Source: an uncultured Caldisericales bacterium
GTDB taxonomy: Bacteria > Caldisericota > Caldisericia > Caldisericales > Caldisericaceae
Length of the DNA stretch: 64,000 bases
Direction of reading: 5' to 3'
Assembly: GCA_964630915.1 (NCBI GenBank)
Contig: CAZVYK010000001.1
Location: 915,050 to 979,049 of the forward strand
The position numbers and the translations under genes were made by a program. Below the pieces are notes generated by a model. The model was not told the DNA's origin. It saw only the letters and a program-made list of their open reading frames with translations, and did not search any database. How positions within the stretch are numbered: the first letter of the stretch is position 1; each line of letters starts with the position of its first letter. Of this stretch, positions 38,047 to 47,055 are shown piece after piece.

Positions 38047-38252
38047 AATAGAGAAGTTTAAGATGCTGCTTGTCATGATAAAGTCCTGAATAGTGCATGG
38101 ACGATTTCCACATTTAGTTTGTGCCTAAATGAGTGTTTCATAAAAGAGAAAGTTCATTGTCCACTTAAATTAACTGGGTGAGAAATTTTTCAAAACGATT
38201 TTTGTAATTTTTAGAAAAATATGTTAGACTTTAACAAAGAGGGAGGTTTCAA

Positions 38253-38975
38253 ATGGAACAAACAAATCAAACAAACGTTGTTGCAATGCCGAGAATTGGT
38301 GACAAGGCACCAAGCTTTAAAGCTGTAACAACACAAGGTGAAATTAATTTCCCTGAGCAGTATGCCGGAAGCTGGGTCATTCTTTTCAGCCACCCTGCTG
38401 ACTTTACGCCTGTTTGCACTTCAGAGTTTATTACATTTGCAGCACTAGAGGAGAAATTTGCAGAAGCTAACTGCAAACTGGTTGGCCTTTCCGTTGACGG
38501 TCTTTACAGTCATATAGCTTGGCTGCGTACAATTAAGGAGAAAATAGAGTATCGCGGCATGAAGGATATCGAGGTCAAATTTCCTCTTATCGAAGACATC
38601 ACGATGGAAGTTGCGAGGAAATATGGGATGATCATGCCAGGCGAAAGTAATACCAAAGCCGTGAGAGCTGTTTTCTTTATTGATCCGAAGGGTATTATCA
38701 GGGCGATAGTATACTATCCGTTAAGCCTGGGTAGGAATTTTGATGAACTTTATCGAGCGTTGATTGCCCTAAAAACTGCTGATGAATTTGGTGTTGCAAC
38801 TCCCGCAGATTGGAGACCCGGAGACGATGTTATTGTCTCACCAGCCGGTTCATGTAATGCAGCTAAAGACAGAATGGAAGGCAAAGAGGAAGGACTGGAA
38901 TGCAAAGACTGGTTCTTCTGCACAAAGAAAATCGATAAAGAGACCGTCCTTTCAAGAGTTCTAAAGAAGAAATAG
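38253..38975 (+). CDS. Peroxiredoxin (1-Cys/Prx6-like, AhpC-TSA family)
   Basis: FSHPADFTPVCTSEF peroxidatic Cys motif, 240 aa. Promoter-like TTGTAA-17-TAGACT and a good RBS upstream. Confidence 0.9.
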   Translation: MEQTNQTNVVAMPRIGDKAPSFKAVTTQGEINFPEQYAGSWVILFSHPADFTPVCTSEFITFAALEEKFAEANCKLVGLSVDGLYSHIAWLRTIKEKIEYRGMKDIEVKFPLIEDITMEVARKYGMIMPGESNTKAVRAVFFIDPKGIIRAIVYYPLSLGRNFDELYRALIALKTADEFGVATPADWRPGDDVIVSPAGSCNAAKDRMEGKEEGLECKDWFFCTKKIDKETVLSRVLKKK

Positions 38976-38995
38976 TTTCAGAATCAAGAAATACA

Positions 38996-39036
38996 AGAGT
39001 GGCTGCGCGATTTCAAAAAGCGTAGCCACTCTTTTA
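38996..39036 (+). terminator. Probable terminator after the peroxiredoxin gene
   Basis: AGAGTGGCTGCGC..GCGTAGCCACTCT hairpin + TTTT. Confidence 0.45.
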
Positions 39037-39197
39037 GCGGGAAGCTTAAAAGGGGAGATCTATTGAAGATTCCTTAAGGTAAAAGTATTATCTTCGAATG
39101 TATCCAACTCTTAATGGTTTTTTCTTTCTTTCGGTAATAACAAGACTTTTCTCGAAAAAGCAAGTTGCCTGGAATAAAATCCCCGGGAAAAGGTCGA

Positions 39198-40126
39198 CTA
39201 ACTTGTAGAGCGTTGCTCTTCCACTTTTCCCAGAAAGAGCTCAACCAGATAACCGCATATTATTGCGAATAAGAATATTAAGAGATTTAGAGCGATGGCA
39301 AATTCTGCTCCCATAAGGGCTATCACAAATGGTATCCATGGCAGCTTGACTGCCCATGCGGTGACTGATGCTGCGACTACTCTTGGCTTGGCTCCTTTGC
39401 TGACCATCTCCTTAAAAAAGCTGAAGAACATGTATGCAGGTCCAACCATAAGAGAGCCGAACAGCGCACCCGCTATTACTCCCTTGAAGCCGCTTTCTTT
39501 GCCTACATATCTCCAATTGTTTCTTTTAACACTACAACAGATACATAACCCGAAAGTAGTGAAACGCCAATCATAAAAGGAGCAAAGGTCTAAAATTCTG
39601 CAGAGCCTGCTTAAAACCTGTATATGCTTTGCCAGGATTCAAAATCACCGACACAATCGCTATTAAGGAAATCGCGATCTCTAAAGCATAGTCTTTGAGG
39701 ATTGATTTAACTTTATTCATATTAAGCTCCCATTATCAAAGACAGAACAATACCAAGGGCATCGAAACAATGCCAGCCATGCTCCATGACAGCAAAAATG
39801 CAGATACAAGCGGAATTTTTGCTCCGCTATTCAAAGAGGTATTTTGCAGTCGGATATCCCGAAGCGGCAGGACCCATCATTATTGAGATAGCCAGTTCAC
39901 CAGCAAGAATTTCCAGCAAAGCACCTAAATCTCAATAGGGAATTTCTAATTGCTTCCTTTGACAGGAGTTCTGAAGCATCCTGATTATTAGAAAGACAGC
40001 AAACAGTATTATTGAGTTTTGAGCGAGAATTTTTAAGCTTTTGTGTGCCGATTGCTTTAACTTAGAGTGCTCCACTCTTCTTAAAGAAAACAAATACAAG
40101 GCTGCAACAACTAGCAAAAGAACCAA
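39198..40126 (-). pseudogene. Decayed paralog of the permease at 41012-42058 (pfam03773-like)
   Basis: Minus-strand fragments GALLEILAGELAISIMMGPA, ASGYPTAKYLFE*, and the C-terminal 83-aa ORF (..GPAYMFF.. LPWIPFVIALMG..) align in order with the intact permease but in different frames with stops. Confidence 0.5.
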
Positions 40127-40364
40127 AACTATTTTAGATTCTCCATTTTCTATCCTCTTCTAAAAAAGGTTTATTTAAGGTGCAGCAAAGCATGGAAATG
40201 TGCTGCTGATCTATTAAAGTACCCTGTGCCTGTATCGTCTTCGCATTCAAAACCATATCAGGATTCAGATCTAGTTACTCTGAAGCAGCAAATCCTCATG
40301 CTATCCTTTAGCTTCTTTTCTCTTTCCATTTCGGTTCACTGCCGCTGATGAAATCTCAAGACCC

Positions 40365-40739
40365 TTAATCAAGTAATTCTTCCACATTTGCTAGCTTCCC
40401 CTCTATGAAGAGTTTCAGCGCTTTATCAACATCCGTTTCCTCTGTAACATAAACATCAATTCCTGCATTTTTCAAGTCATCGTATAACCTTCTTCCCATT
40501 CCATGGGAAATGACAACTTTTACGTCTTTAAGTGCAGCTATTATTGCTGAGTGGCTATCATAGTGGTGAGTGCCTTCTTCGTGCATCCCTCTTGCGTGCC
40601 CCGTAAAGGTATTCGGCAAGTACTCTCTGTTTTTTATTTCGTTTCCATCAACATCATAGATTACAAAACTTCTTGTTCTTCCAAAATGCGAAGAAACAAT
40701 TTTGCCATCATCAGATGCAATTGCAATTTTCATTTTCAA
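40365..40739 (-). CDS. Dinitrogenase FeMo-cofactor-binding-domain protein (NifX/NifB-C-like, pfam02579)
   Basis: MKIAIASDDGKIVSSHFGRTRSFVIYDVDG start typical of NifX/NafY-like proteins. Confidence 0.75.
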   Translation of the reverse strand: MKMKIAIASDDGKIVSSHFGRTRSFVIYDVDGNEIKNREYLPNTFTGHARGMHEEGTHHYDSHSAIIAALKDVKVVISHGMGRRLYDDLKNAGIDVYVTEETDVDKALKLFIEGKLANVEELLD

Positions 40740-40990
40740 TCCTCCTTTTTACTTTTAATCTCAACAAGGATGTTTCTAATTTCCTCTTCTGAGGGCACTC
40801 TTCCAGAGAATACAATCTTGCCGTCAATAGCCACGGCGGGCGTGAGCTTTACTCCATACTTTGCAAACTCTCTTACATCATAAACGTGTGAAATATCGGC
40901 ATCCAGATTTAATTCGCTGCAGACACTTCTAACAACTTTTTCGGTTGCCTGGCATTTGGGGCAACCTGACCCTAAAATTTGAATTGTCAT
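40736..40990 (-). CDS. Thioredoxin-fold redox-active disulfide protein 2 (TIGR00412-like)
   Basis: MTIQILGSGCPKCQ CxxC active site, 84 aa. Overlaps the NifX-like start. Confidence 0.8.
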   Translation of the reverse strand: MTIQILGSGCPKCQATEKVVRSVCSELNLDADISHVYDVREFAKYGVKLTPAVAIDGKIVFSGRVPSEEEIRNILVEIKSKKED

Positions 40991-41011
40991 AACTGCACCT
41001 CCATTTAGGTT

Positions 41012-42058
41012 TTATCTAAAAATGAAATTCCCAAAGAACCACCCGGTAGCTGTCCCGAGAATAATGATTGAAACCACATATACAATTGCTTTTTTGACTC
41101 CAAATACTTTTGCTATTGCCAGCCAGTTAGGTAAACTCAAACCAGGGCCAGTAAGCAGAAGAGCAAGCGCTGGACCCTTACCCATTCCCAGTTTCATGAG
41201 AGTGTCCACAAATGGAGCCTCTGTCATTGTGGCGAAGTAGCTTATTGCTCCTATCATGGTTGCGAGAAATGATGCTCTGATTCCGTTTCCACCAAGCCAG
41301 CTTTTGATCCACTCCTCAGGTAATACTTTCCCTATTACGCCAACAGTAAAAACTCCAAAAAGAAGAAGCGGGAAAATGGTTTTAACAAACCACCACGTTT
41401 CCCTTAACCACTCCTTTATCTTTGGCTTTGGCAACACTTTTATCGCATAGAAGCTCACAACAATCGCGCAGAAAGCCCAAATCAACACTTTGTAAAGGTA
41501 TTTGCCGTTTCTCATAACATAGTTGGGCAGCAAAAGAGACGCAAGTATTAGTACCACAAGGACAATACCTTTGCTTTCAAAAATGTTCTGCTGATTAGTT
41601 TTTTCCTGTCTAGTGAATTCCTCTCTATTCTCTCTAAACACAAAACTCATTATTCCACCGACAAGAAAAGCAATAAAAAGAGCAGCAATTACTCTCCAAA
41701 GAACCATTTCCCCGCCAAGAATGCTTCCAGTGTAAGTCAACGCAAGCACGTTGGCGGCAGGTGCAACCCATAGTATAATGAAAGCCACTCCAATTGAGGC
41801 TCCGGTGTAATAGAGCCCACTGGCAACTGGAATGACCGTACATGAGCATGCTGCCAGCAGAAAACTCGACACAGAAGCAAGAGAAAATGACTTCATCCTG
41901 TTTGATTTCTCTCCGAGGAACTCCAAAATTACCTCGCGGTTAACAAAGGTGACCATTGCCCCGGCAAGTAGAAAAGCTGGGACAAGGCATGTCAGAACGT
42001 GTGTAGCAAGATAACCCTTTAGCGCAAGCAAGCCAGCCACTAATAAGTCCAATAACAT
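41012..42058 (-). CDS. Predicted permease (pfam03773 / DUF318, YraQ/ArsP-related)
   Basis: ~10 TM helices. Conserved CSCTVIPVASGL and LLTGPGLSLPNW regions. Confidence 0.75.
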   Translation of the reverse strand: MLLDLLVAGLLALKGYLATHVLTCLVPAFLLAGAMVTFVNREVILEFLGEKSNRMKSFSLASVSSFLLAACSCTVIPVASGLYYTGASIGVAFIILWVAPAANVLALTYTGSILGGEMVLWRVIAALFIAFLVGGIMSFVFRENREEFTRQEKTNQQNIFESKGIVLVVLILASLLLPNYVMRNGKYLYKVLIWAFCAIVVSFYAIKVLPKPKIKEWLRETWWFVKTIFPLLLFGVFTVGVIGKVLPEEWIKSWLGGNGIRASFLATMIGAISYFATMTEAPFVDTLMKLGMGKGPALALLLTGPGLSLPNWLAIAKVFGVKKAIVYVVSIIILGTATGWFFGNFIFR

Positions 42059-42106
42059 AGTCTTTCCTCCCTGAACTTGTTAGCATTTCTAAATGCCACA
42101 AACTGC

Positions 42107-42493
42107 TTATACTTTTACATCTCTATTCCCTTTTCCCCTGGCAAATTCAATGAATTTTTTAACTGATTTAAAGTTATTTTCAATGGACTTAATAACCTCT
42201 TCTCTTATCTTTCTGCCCTCAGGAGTTAGACTGTAAACTCTTTTTGGTGGTCCACTTTCCGTTTCCCACCTGGACTGAATGTAACCTTCGGTTTCAAGAA
42301 TTCTCAGTATTTTGTAGCCTCTCCCCATCTGCGATGGGTCACCACACGGGCACATGTCAGGGAAAAGCTGTTCAAAGGTATTCATTATTTCGTATCCGTG
42401 GAGTTCTCCTCTTTCAAGAAGAACAAGTACCCAGGCTTTAAGCCAGAACCCGGGAGAGAATGGGTTTTTGAATTTAGGACATTCGTTTTTCAT
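42107..42493 (-). CDS. PadR-family transcriptional regulator with Cys-containing insertion
   Basis: LHGYEIMNTF ... YKILRILETEGYIQSRW ... VYSLTPEG wHTH. CPCGDPS insertion between helices. Confidence 0.75.
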   Translation of the reverse strand: MKNECPKFKNPFSPGFWLKAWVLVLLERGELHGYEIMNTFEQLFPDMCPCGDPSQMGRGYKILRILETEGYIQSRWETESGPPKRVYSLTPEGRKIREEVIKSIENNFKSVKKFIEFARGKGNRDVKV

Positions 42494-42921
42494 GTTTCTC
42501 CGTTCATTTAGTATATATATAACTCTTGCATATATTATAATGACATTTTTCTCTATGTCAATACGTATAATCTCTTTGTTAGATACACATCTCTGAATAG
42601 TAACCCTTGATTACCAGTAGACAAACTAGAATAGCTTGTCCAATAGTTTATAATTCTGTATCCTTGGACGGTCAACCTCTTGAAGCCTGAGTCCCGAAAG
42701 AAACATGTTAAAGTACTCTTCTTTTCAAAGACTGTGCCTTATCCTTCCATTCTCTTTCAGGGAGACCTTTTTCAGGAATCCTTAGAAACATCTTTCGGGA
42801 AGTTCTTCTGTCAGTCAGAAGTTAGACCTCAGATTCTGACATCTCCGTACGGACTTCTGAGATATTTTAACCTGCAATCATTGCAAGGACTTTTTCGTGA
42901 ATATTAAGCGCCTGCTCTCTT

Positions 42922-43731
42922 CTATCCCAACGCTACGTCAAGAAACATCATTATGGCAAAGCCAATCAGTGCACCTATTGTGGAAAGGTCCGTTTCTTTG
43001 CCCTGCTGGGATTCGGGAATAAGCTCTTCGACAACGACATATATCATGGCACCAGCCGCGAATGCTAACGCGTATGGAAGAATGTTTTTAACGTGTGCAA
43101 CAAGATAAGCACCAAGAATGCCTCCTATGACTTCAACCAGACCTGAAAGCTGCCCCAATGTGAAACTTTTTCCTATTGAAATGCCTTCTCTTCGAAGCGG
43201 GATTGATATCGCTGCACCCTCGGGGAAGTTCTGGAGTCCTATACCAACTGTAAGAGCGATGGCTGAGCCGAGAGTTGAAATCGATGGAGAATTTGCAAGA
43301 GTCCCGAAGCTTACTCCAACAGCAAAGCCCTCGGGTATGTTGTGAAGCGTCACGGCAAGCACGAGCAGAATACTTCTCTGGAGGGATGTTTTCACTCCCT
43401 CTGCCTTTTCAATCTCGAGTCCGAGGTGGAGGTGCGGGAGAACCTTGTCAACAAGGTACAGGAAACCGCCGCCAAGCGAAAAGCCAAATACCGCGGGAAG
43501 CCAGGGAGCCATTCCTATCTGTGAAGCCATTTTGATTGATGGCTCAAGGAGCGACCAGAAGCTTGCAGCTATCATCACTCCTGAAGCAAATCCGAGCATT
43601 GCGTTCAAGATTCTTATGTTTATCTGTTTAAAGAAGAAGACCATCGCTGACCCTAGAGCTGTCACGCCCCAGGTGAAGAGGGTTCCAAAAGATGCCAGTA
43701 GTACAGGGTTTAGCTTTAGTAGAGAGTTCAT
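42922..43731 (-). CDS. ZIP-family metal (Zn/Fe) transporter, ZupT-like
   Basis: 8 TM helices, HNIPEG and LHN..EGFAVG motifs. ATGA overlap with the upstream ABC ATPase. Confidence 0.8.
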   Translation of the reverse strand: MNSLLKLNPVLLASFGTLFTWGVTALGSAMVFFFKQINIRILNAMLGFASGVMIAASFWSLLEPSIKMASQIGMAPWLPAVFGFSLGGGFLYLVDKVLPHLHLGLEIEKAEGVKTSLQRSILLVLAVTLHNIPEGFAVGVSFGTLANSPSISTLGSAIALTVGIGLQNFPEGAAISIPLRREGISIGKSFTLGQLSGLVEVIGGILGAYLVAHVKNILPYALAFAAGAMIYVVVEELIPESQQGKETDLSTIGALIGFAIMMFLDVALG

Positions 43732-44477
43732 CTTACTTCATTATACGGGTTTCCGCTTATGATATATTCAAGTGCTTGCTCAGAGAGCGTTGCGAACTTC
43801 TTGCTTGAAAGAGTTGAGAGGCTTCTCGGGTGAGGAAAGTTAATTTCAATGGTCTTGCATATTGTGCCCGGATATCCCTGGATGATAACGACGATATCAG
43901 AAAGAAAGAGCGCCTCCTCAATATCGTGCGTCACCATAATTGTTGAAAGGTTCCACTTTTCTCGCGTTGCCTCAAGGTAGAGCCAGAGCTTTCTTCTATT
44001 GAGAGCATCAACTGCACCAAACGGTTCATCAAGAAGCAGGAGTTGAGTGTCTGTAAGGAGTGTCCTGAGAAGCGCGGCTCTCTGGTACATTCCTCCCGAA
44101 AGGACGGAAGGAAACCTGTCTTCAAATCCTTTAAGGCCAAACTCCTGTAGAAGTCTCGAAACTCTTTTTTTTGCTTCATTTTCGGGCACTCCTCTTATGA
44201 GAAGAGGGATTTCAAGGTTTTTAAGGACGGTAAACCACGGAAGGAGCACTCCCTTCTGCGGCATATATCCTGTTGCTCCCTGTGGGCGAGTTATAGTTCC
44301 CTCGTAAGGGATAAGCCCTGCAATTGCCTTGAGCAAGGTTGTTTTCCCGGAGCCGGAAGGTCCTGCAATGGCAAGATGTTTGCCGTAAGGGAGGGTAAAA
44401 GAGATGTCCCTTACGGCAAGGAAACCCTCATAATAAACATTTACGTTTTTTATCTCTATCTCTTTTATTTCCTGCAT
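43728..44477 (-). CDS. ABC transporter ATP-binding protein (NitT/TauT family; ThiZ-like)
   Basis: GPSGSGKTT, LSGGMYQRAAL, LLLDEPFGAVD. Confidence 0.85.
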   Translation of the reverse strand: MQEIKEIEIKNVNVYYEGFLAVRDISFTLPYGKHLAIAGPSGSGKTTLLKAIAGLIPYEGTITRPQGATGYMPQKGVLLPWFTVLKNLEIPLLIRGVPENEAKKRVSRLLQEFGLKGFEDRFPSVLSGGMYQRAALLRTLLTDTQLLLLDEPFGAVDALNRRKLWLYLEATREKWNLSTIMVTHDIEEALFLSDIVVIIQGYPGTICKTIEINFPHPRSLSTLSSKKFATLSEQALEYIISGNPYNEVR

Positions 44478-45457
44478 GGTATAAACTCGTTCGTGTAGAG
44501 GGTTTTTATGTTCTCGGGTTTTGATTTAAGAAGTCCTGCCTGGAACATGAAATCGGTGAAAGTATTCCACACTTCGTCCTTCATAATGCCAAAGCAATTT
44601 GCGTCACTTATATACTCTTTACTTATCCACGCCTGTGACTTTTCGACAAGTTCTCTGTTAAGCTCCGGAGCATACTTCAAGAGTATATTAGCTGCCTCTT
44701 CCGGATGTGCCGCTGCATAAGTGTATCCTTCCGAGATTGCCTCAGTGAAAGCCATAACAACCTCCGGTTTATCTTTCACCATCGTTGTGTTCGTTATGAA
44801 AAGGGGAGTGTAGTGATCAAACTGAGGGTAGTAATCTGCAATTCTATAGAAAGCGGAATCTAATCCTCTTATTTCTGAATCAATTCCTTCCCACGCGTAA
44901 TAGATCCAGGTGAAATCGTAAAGCTTATTTACAAGTCCCGTTATCTGGTCAAAAACGCCCAGCTGCACCATTTTGAGGTTATCTGGATTCTTCCCGTGGT
45001 CTTTCATAATGAACCTGACGATTGCGTTTTCCCACTCCGTGCCCCATCCTCCGTACGTCTTTCCCTCGAAGTCATCGGGTGATTTTATGCTGCTTTCCTT
45101 AAGCCATATAAAGCCCGAAGTGTCATGCTGGAGAATCGCGGAAATTGCAATTAAAGGTGCTGCTTCGTTAATGACATACTGGGTGAGTGCTTCCTGGAAG
45201 GAAATTCCAAAATCTGCCTTTCCAGCGCTTACTGCCTGTTCTGGCCAGACTTCTGCCGGTTGTACGATCTCCACCTCGAGATTCCTTTCCTCGAAATAGC
45301 CCTTCTCAAGCGCAACGTAAATTCCTGTGTGGTTTGTATTTGGCGTCCAGTCGAGCATGAGAGTTACCTTTGTAGGTTTCTCTAGGTGGGCTTGCTTTCT
45401 ACACCCCGCTGTCAGGACAATAGCCAGAACGAGGAAAATCAAAAGAACTTTTTTCAT
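44465..45457 (-). CDS. ABC substrate-binding lipoprotein, NMT1/THI5-like (ThiY-like)
   Basis: Lipobox LTAGC. NMT1/THI5 fold region, ~330 aa. Confidence 0.75.
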   Translation of the reverse strand: MKKVLLIFLVLAIVLTAGCRKQAHLEKPTKVTLMLDWTPNTNHTGIYVALEKGYFEERNLEVEIVQPAEVWPEQAVSAGKADFGISFQEALTQYVINEAAPLIAISAILQHDTSGFIWLKESSIKSPDDFEGKTYGGWGTEWENAIVRFIMKDHGKNPDNLKMVQLGVFDQITGLVNKLYDFTWIYYAWEGIDSEIRGLDSAFYRIADYYPQFDHYTPLFITNTTMVKDKPEVVMAFTEAISEGYTYAAAHPEEAANILLKYAPELNRELVEKSQAWISKEYISDANCFGIMKDEVWNTFTDFMFQAGLLKSKPENIKTLYTNEFIPCRK

Positions 45458-46281
45458 TACTTACCACCTCCCTGCCATTTTGTCATTTTACTTTTCACAA
45501 GGAGAGTCATTCCCCAGGTTGCAAGGCTGAAAATTATGACTATAAGGGTTCCCGCAAATACCTGAGGTAGCTGAAATGAAGAGAAAGACCTCTTGATATA
45601 AAGGCCCATTCCCTCACTTGTGCCCATCCACTCCGCGGTTAGTGCTCCAAGTACGGCGTATGGAGAGGTAATTTCTATGCCCGTGAGCGTATAGGAAAGA
45701 GTATGCGGCAAGATAACATATCGCATGATCTGCAACCTCTTTGCACCCATTGCCTTCATTACGTCTACCATATCCCTGTCGACGGTTCTCAAGCCAAGAA
45801 GAGTGTTCACGGTTATAGGAAAAAATGTTGCCCACACGACGACTCCAATTTTGGGACCCGCCCCGAATCCGAACCATAGGATGATGAGAGGGGCTATTGC
45901 TATGGCAGGAGTTGACTGCGAGACTACAAGGATAGGATAGATGAGGTCCTCAACTGGTTTTATTAGGTGCATGATAGCCGCAAAGAGCACTCCCACAACG
46001 ATTGAAAGAGTGAAACCAAGATAGGTTACGCTCAGCGTTGAAGACAAATGCCTGAGAATAACCGACCTCTGCTCTACTAGTATCCAGAATACATTGTCAG
46101 GTGACGGAAGGATGTAGCTCTGAACTAGTCTCAGGTGGCTTGTCGCAAGATACCATGCGAGGATGAAAATGACAAAGGAAAGAATCTTCAGGATGAAGGG
46201 CCTGTTTCTCAGAAGGTATGCAGTAGATATTACGAAAAGAGCAAATCCTGTAATGGATGGCAAATGCGTTCTGAGGAGCAT
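45457..46281 (-). CDS. ABC permease (NitT/TauT family; ThiX-like)
   Basis: Track ORF runs to 46437 but would overlap the riboswitch aptamer. GGGAG-7 nt-ATG (MLLRTHLPS) at 46281 sits just after the riboswitch terminator. Start could also be a TTG further upstream. Confidence 0.7.
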   Translation of the reverse strand: MLLRTHLPSITGFALFVISTAYLLRNRPFILKILSFVIFILAWYLATSHLRLVQSYILPSPDNVFWILVEQRSVILRHLSSTLSVTYLGFTLSIVVGVLFAAIMHLIKPVEDLIYPILVVSQSTPAIAIAPLIILWFGFGAGPKIGVVVWATFFPITVNTLLGLRTVDRDMVDVMKAMGAKRLQIMRYVILPHTLSYTLTGIEITSPYAVLGALTAEWMGTSEGMGLYIKRSFSSFQLPQVFAGTLIVIIFSLATWGMTLLVKSKMTKWQGGGK

Positions 46282-46334
46282 CAGGTACACTCCCAGAAAG
46301 AGCACGAAAAGCACAAAAAGCACAGAGTTCTTTC

Positions 46335-46475
46335 TCAAAACAAAAACCTCCCTAAATCGGGGAGGGTACAGGGTTCTATCCGAGTACCATCTCCCTACGC
46401 CGGTATTACCCGGGTCAGGTTCCAGGGGTCGGACCATGAGGTCCCTCTCAGCCGCACGACTCCCCCGTGGTTACT
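46335..46475 (-). promoter_or_regulatory. TPP (THI-box) riboswitch with intrinsic-terminator expression platform
   Basis: Minus-strand RNA CCACGGGGGAGUCGUGCGGCUGAGAGGGACC..GACCCCUGGAACCUGACCCGGGUAAUACCGGCGUAGGGAG matches the THI-element consensus (GGGG.GC..GCUGAGA..ACCC..GAACCUGAUCUGGAUAAUGCCAGCGUAGGGA). Followed by CCUCCC-CGAUUUA-GGGAGG + U-run. Confidence 0.85.
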
Positions 46476-46490
46476 TATATTATAAGAAAT

Positions 46491-47015
46491 TCAGCGTAAT
46501 AATGAACTTGCTCTATGCAAAGCAGCAGTCTCCCTTGCATGCGAGTAGTTAAGTGTCCTGTAAACAAGCATTGAAAGGAAGAAGTTTGCAATTATCTGGT
46601 TTCTCAGGAACGGGATCCCTGCAATGATACACTGAATGTATCCTGCAAGAGTCCTCGGGTAAAAGGCGAATGTAAAGAAAACAAGCGAATTTGTGACAGC
46701 AAAAAATGCCAAAGTCCCAACAAACTCCATGAAAAGTATGTTCTTAAGACTCTTTCCCCTTAGTACGAACTGCACAAGAGATACTGCTGCCCAGCCTGCA
46801 AGAACTATGAAGTCCCAAGCTGTAAGGGAACCAGTGAGGATAAGGTTTGATGAGATTACGACAATCAGGGCAGCGGGAAGTGCAAAGCGGAAACCGTAGG
46901 CAAGCGTTAGAAATGCAATCATGCTCGAGATGAACTCGATGTTTGGAATCTTCAGAGGCACAAACCTCACCGCAAAAGCGACCGCGATAAAGAAAAACGC
47001 AAGAGCTTTCTTCAT
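46491..47015 (-). CDS. Small polytopic membrane protein, possibly an ECF-type S component
   Basis: 5-6 TM helices, 174 aa. No diagnostic motif. Confidence 0.35.
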   Translation of the reverse strand: MKKALAFFFIAVAFAVRFVPLKIPNIEFISSMIAFLTLAYGFRFALPAALIVVISSNLILTGSLTAWDFIVLAGWAAVSLVQFVLRGKSLKNILFMEFVGTLAFFAVTNSLVFFTFAFYPRTLAGYIQCIIAGIPFLRNQIIANFFLSMLVYRTLNYSHARETAALHRASSLLR

Positions 47016-47055
47016 AAACCCTCCACAGGAACAGTATAGCAGGGATTTTTGGTTT

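Noticed and set aside
45457-46437. Long N-terminal extension (MVRPLEPDPGNTGVGRWYSDRTLYPP..) of the ThiX-like permease ORF
   Set aside because: It is the TPP riboswitch aptamer and terminator read in-frame. The real start is downstream (46281 or a nearby TTG).
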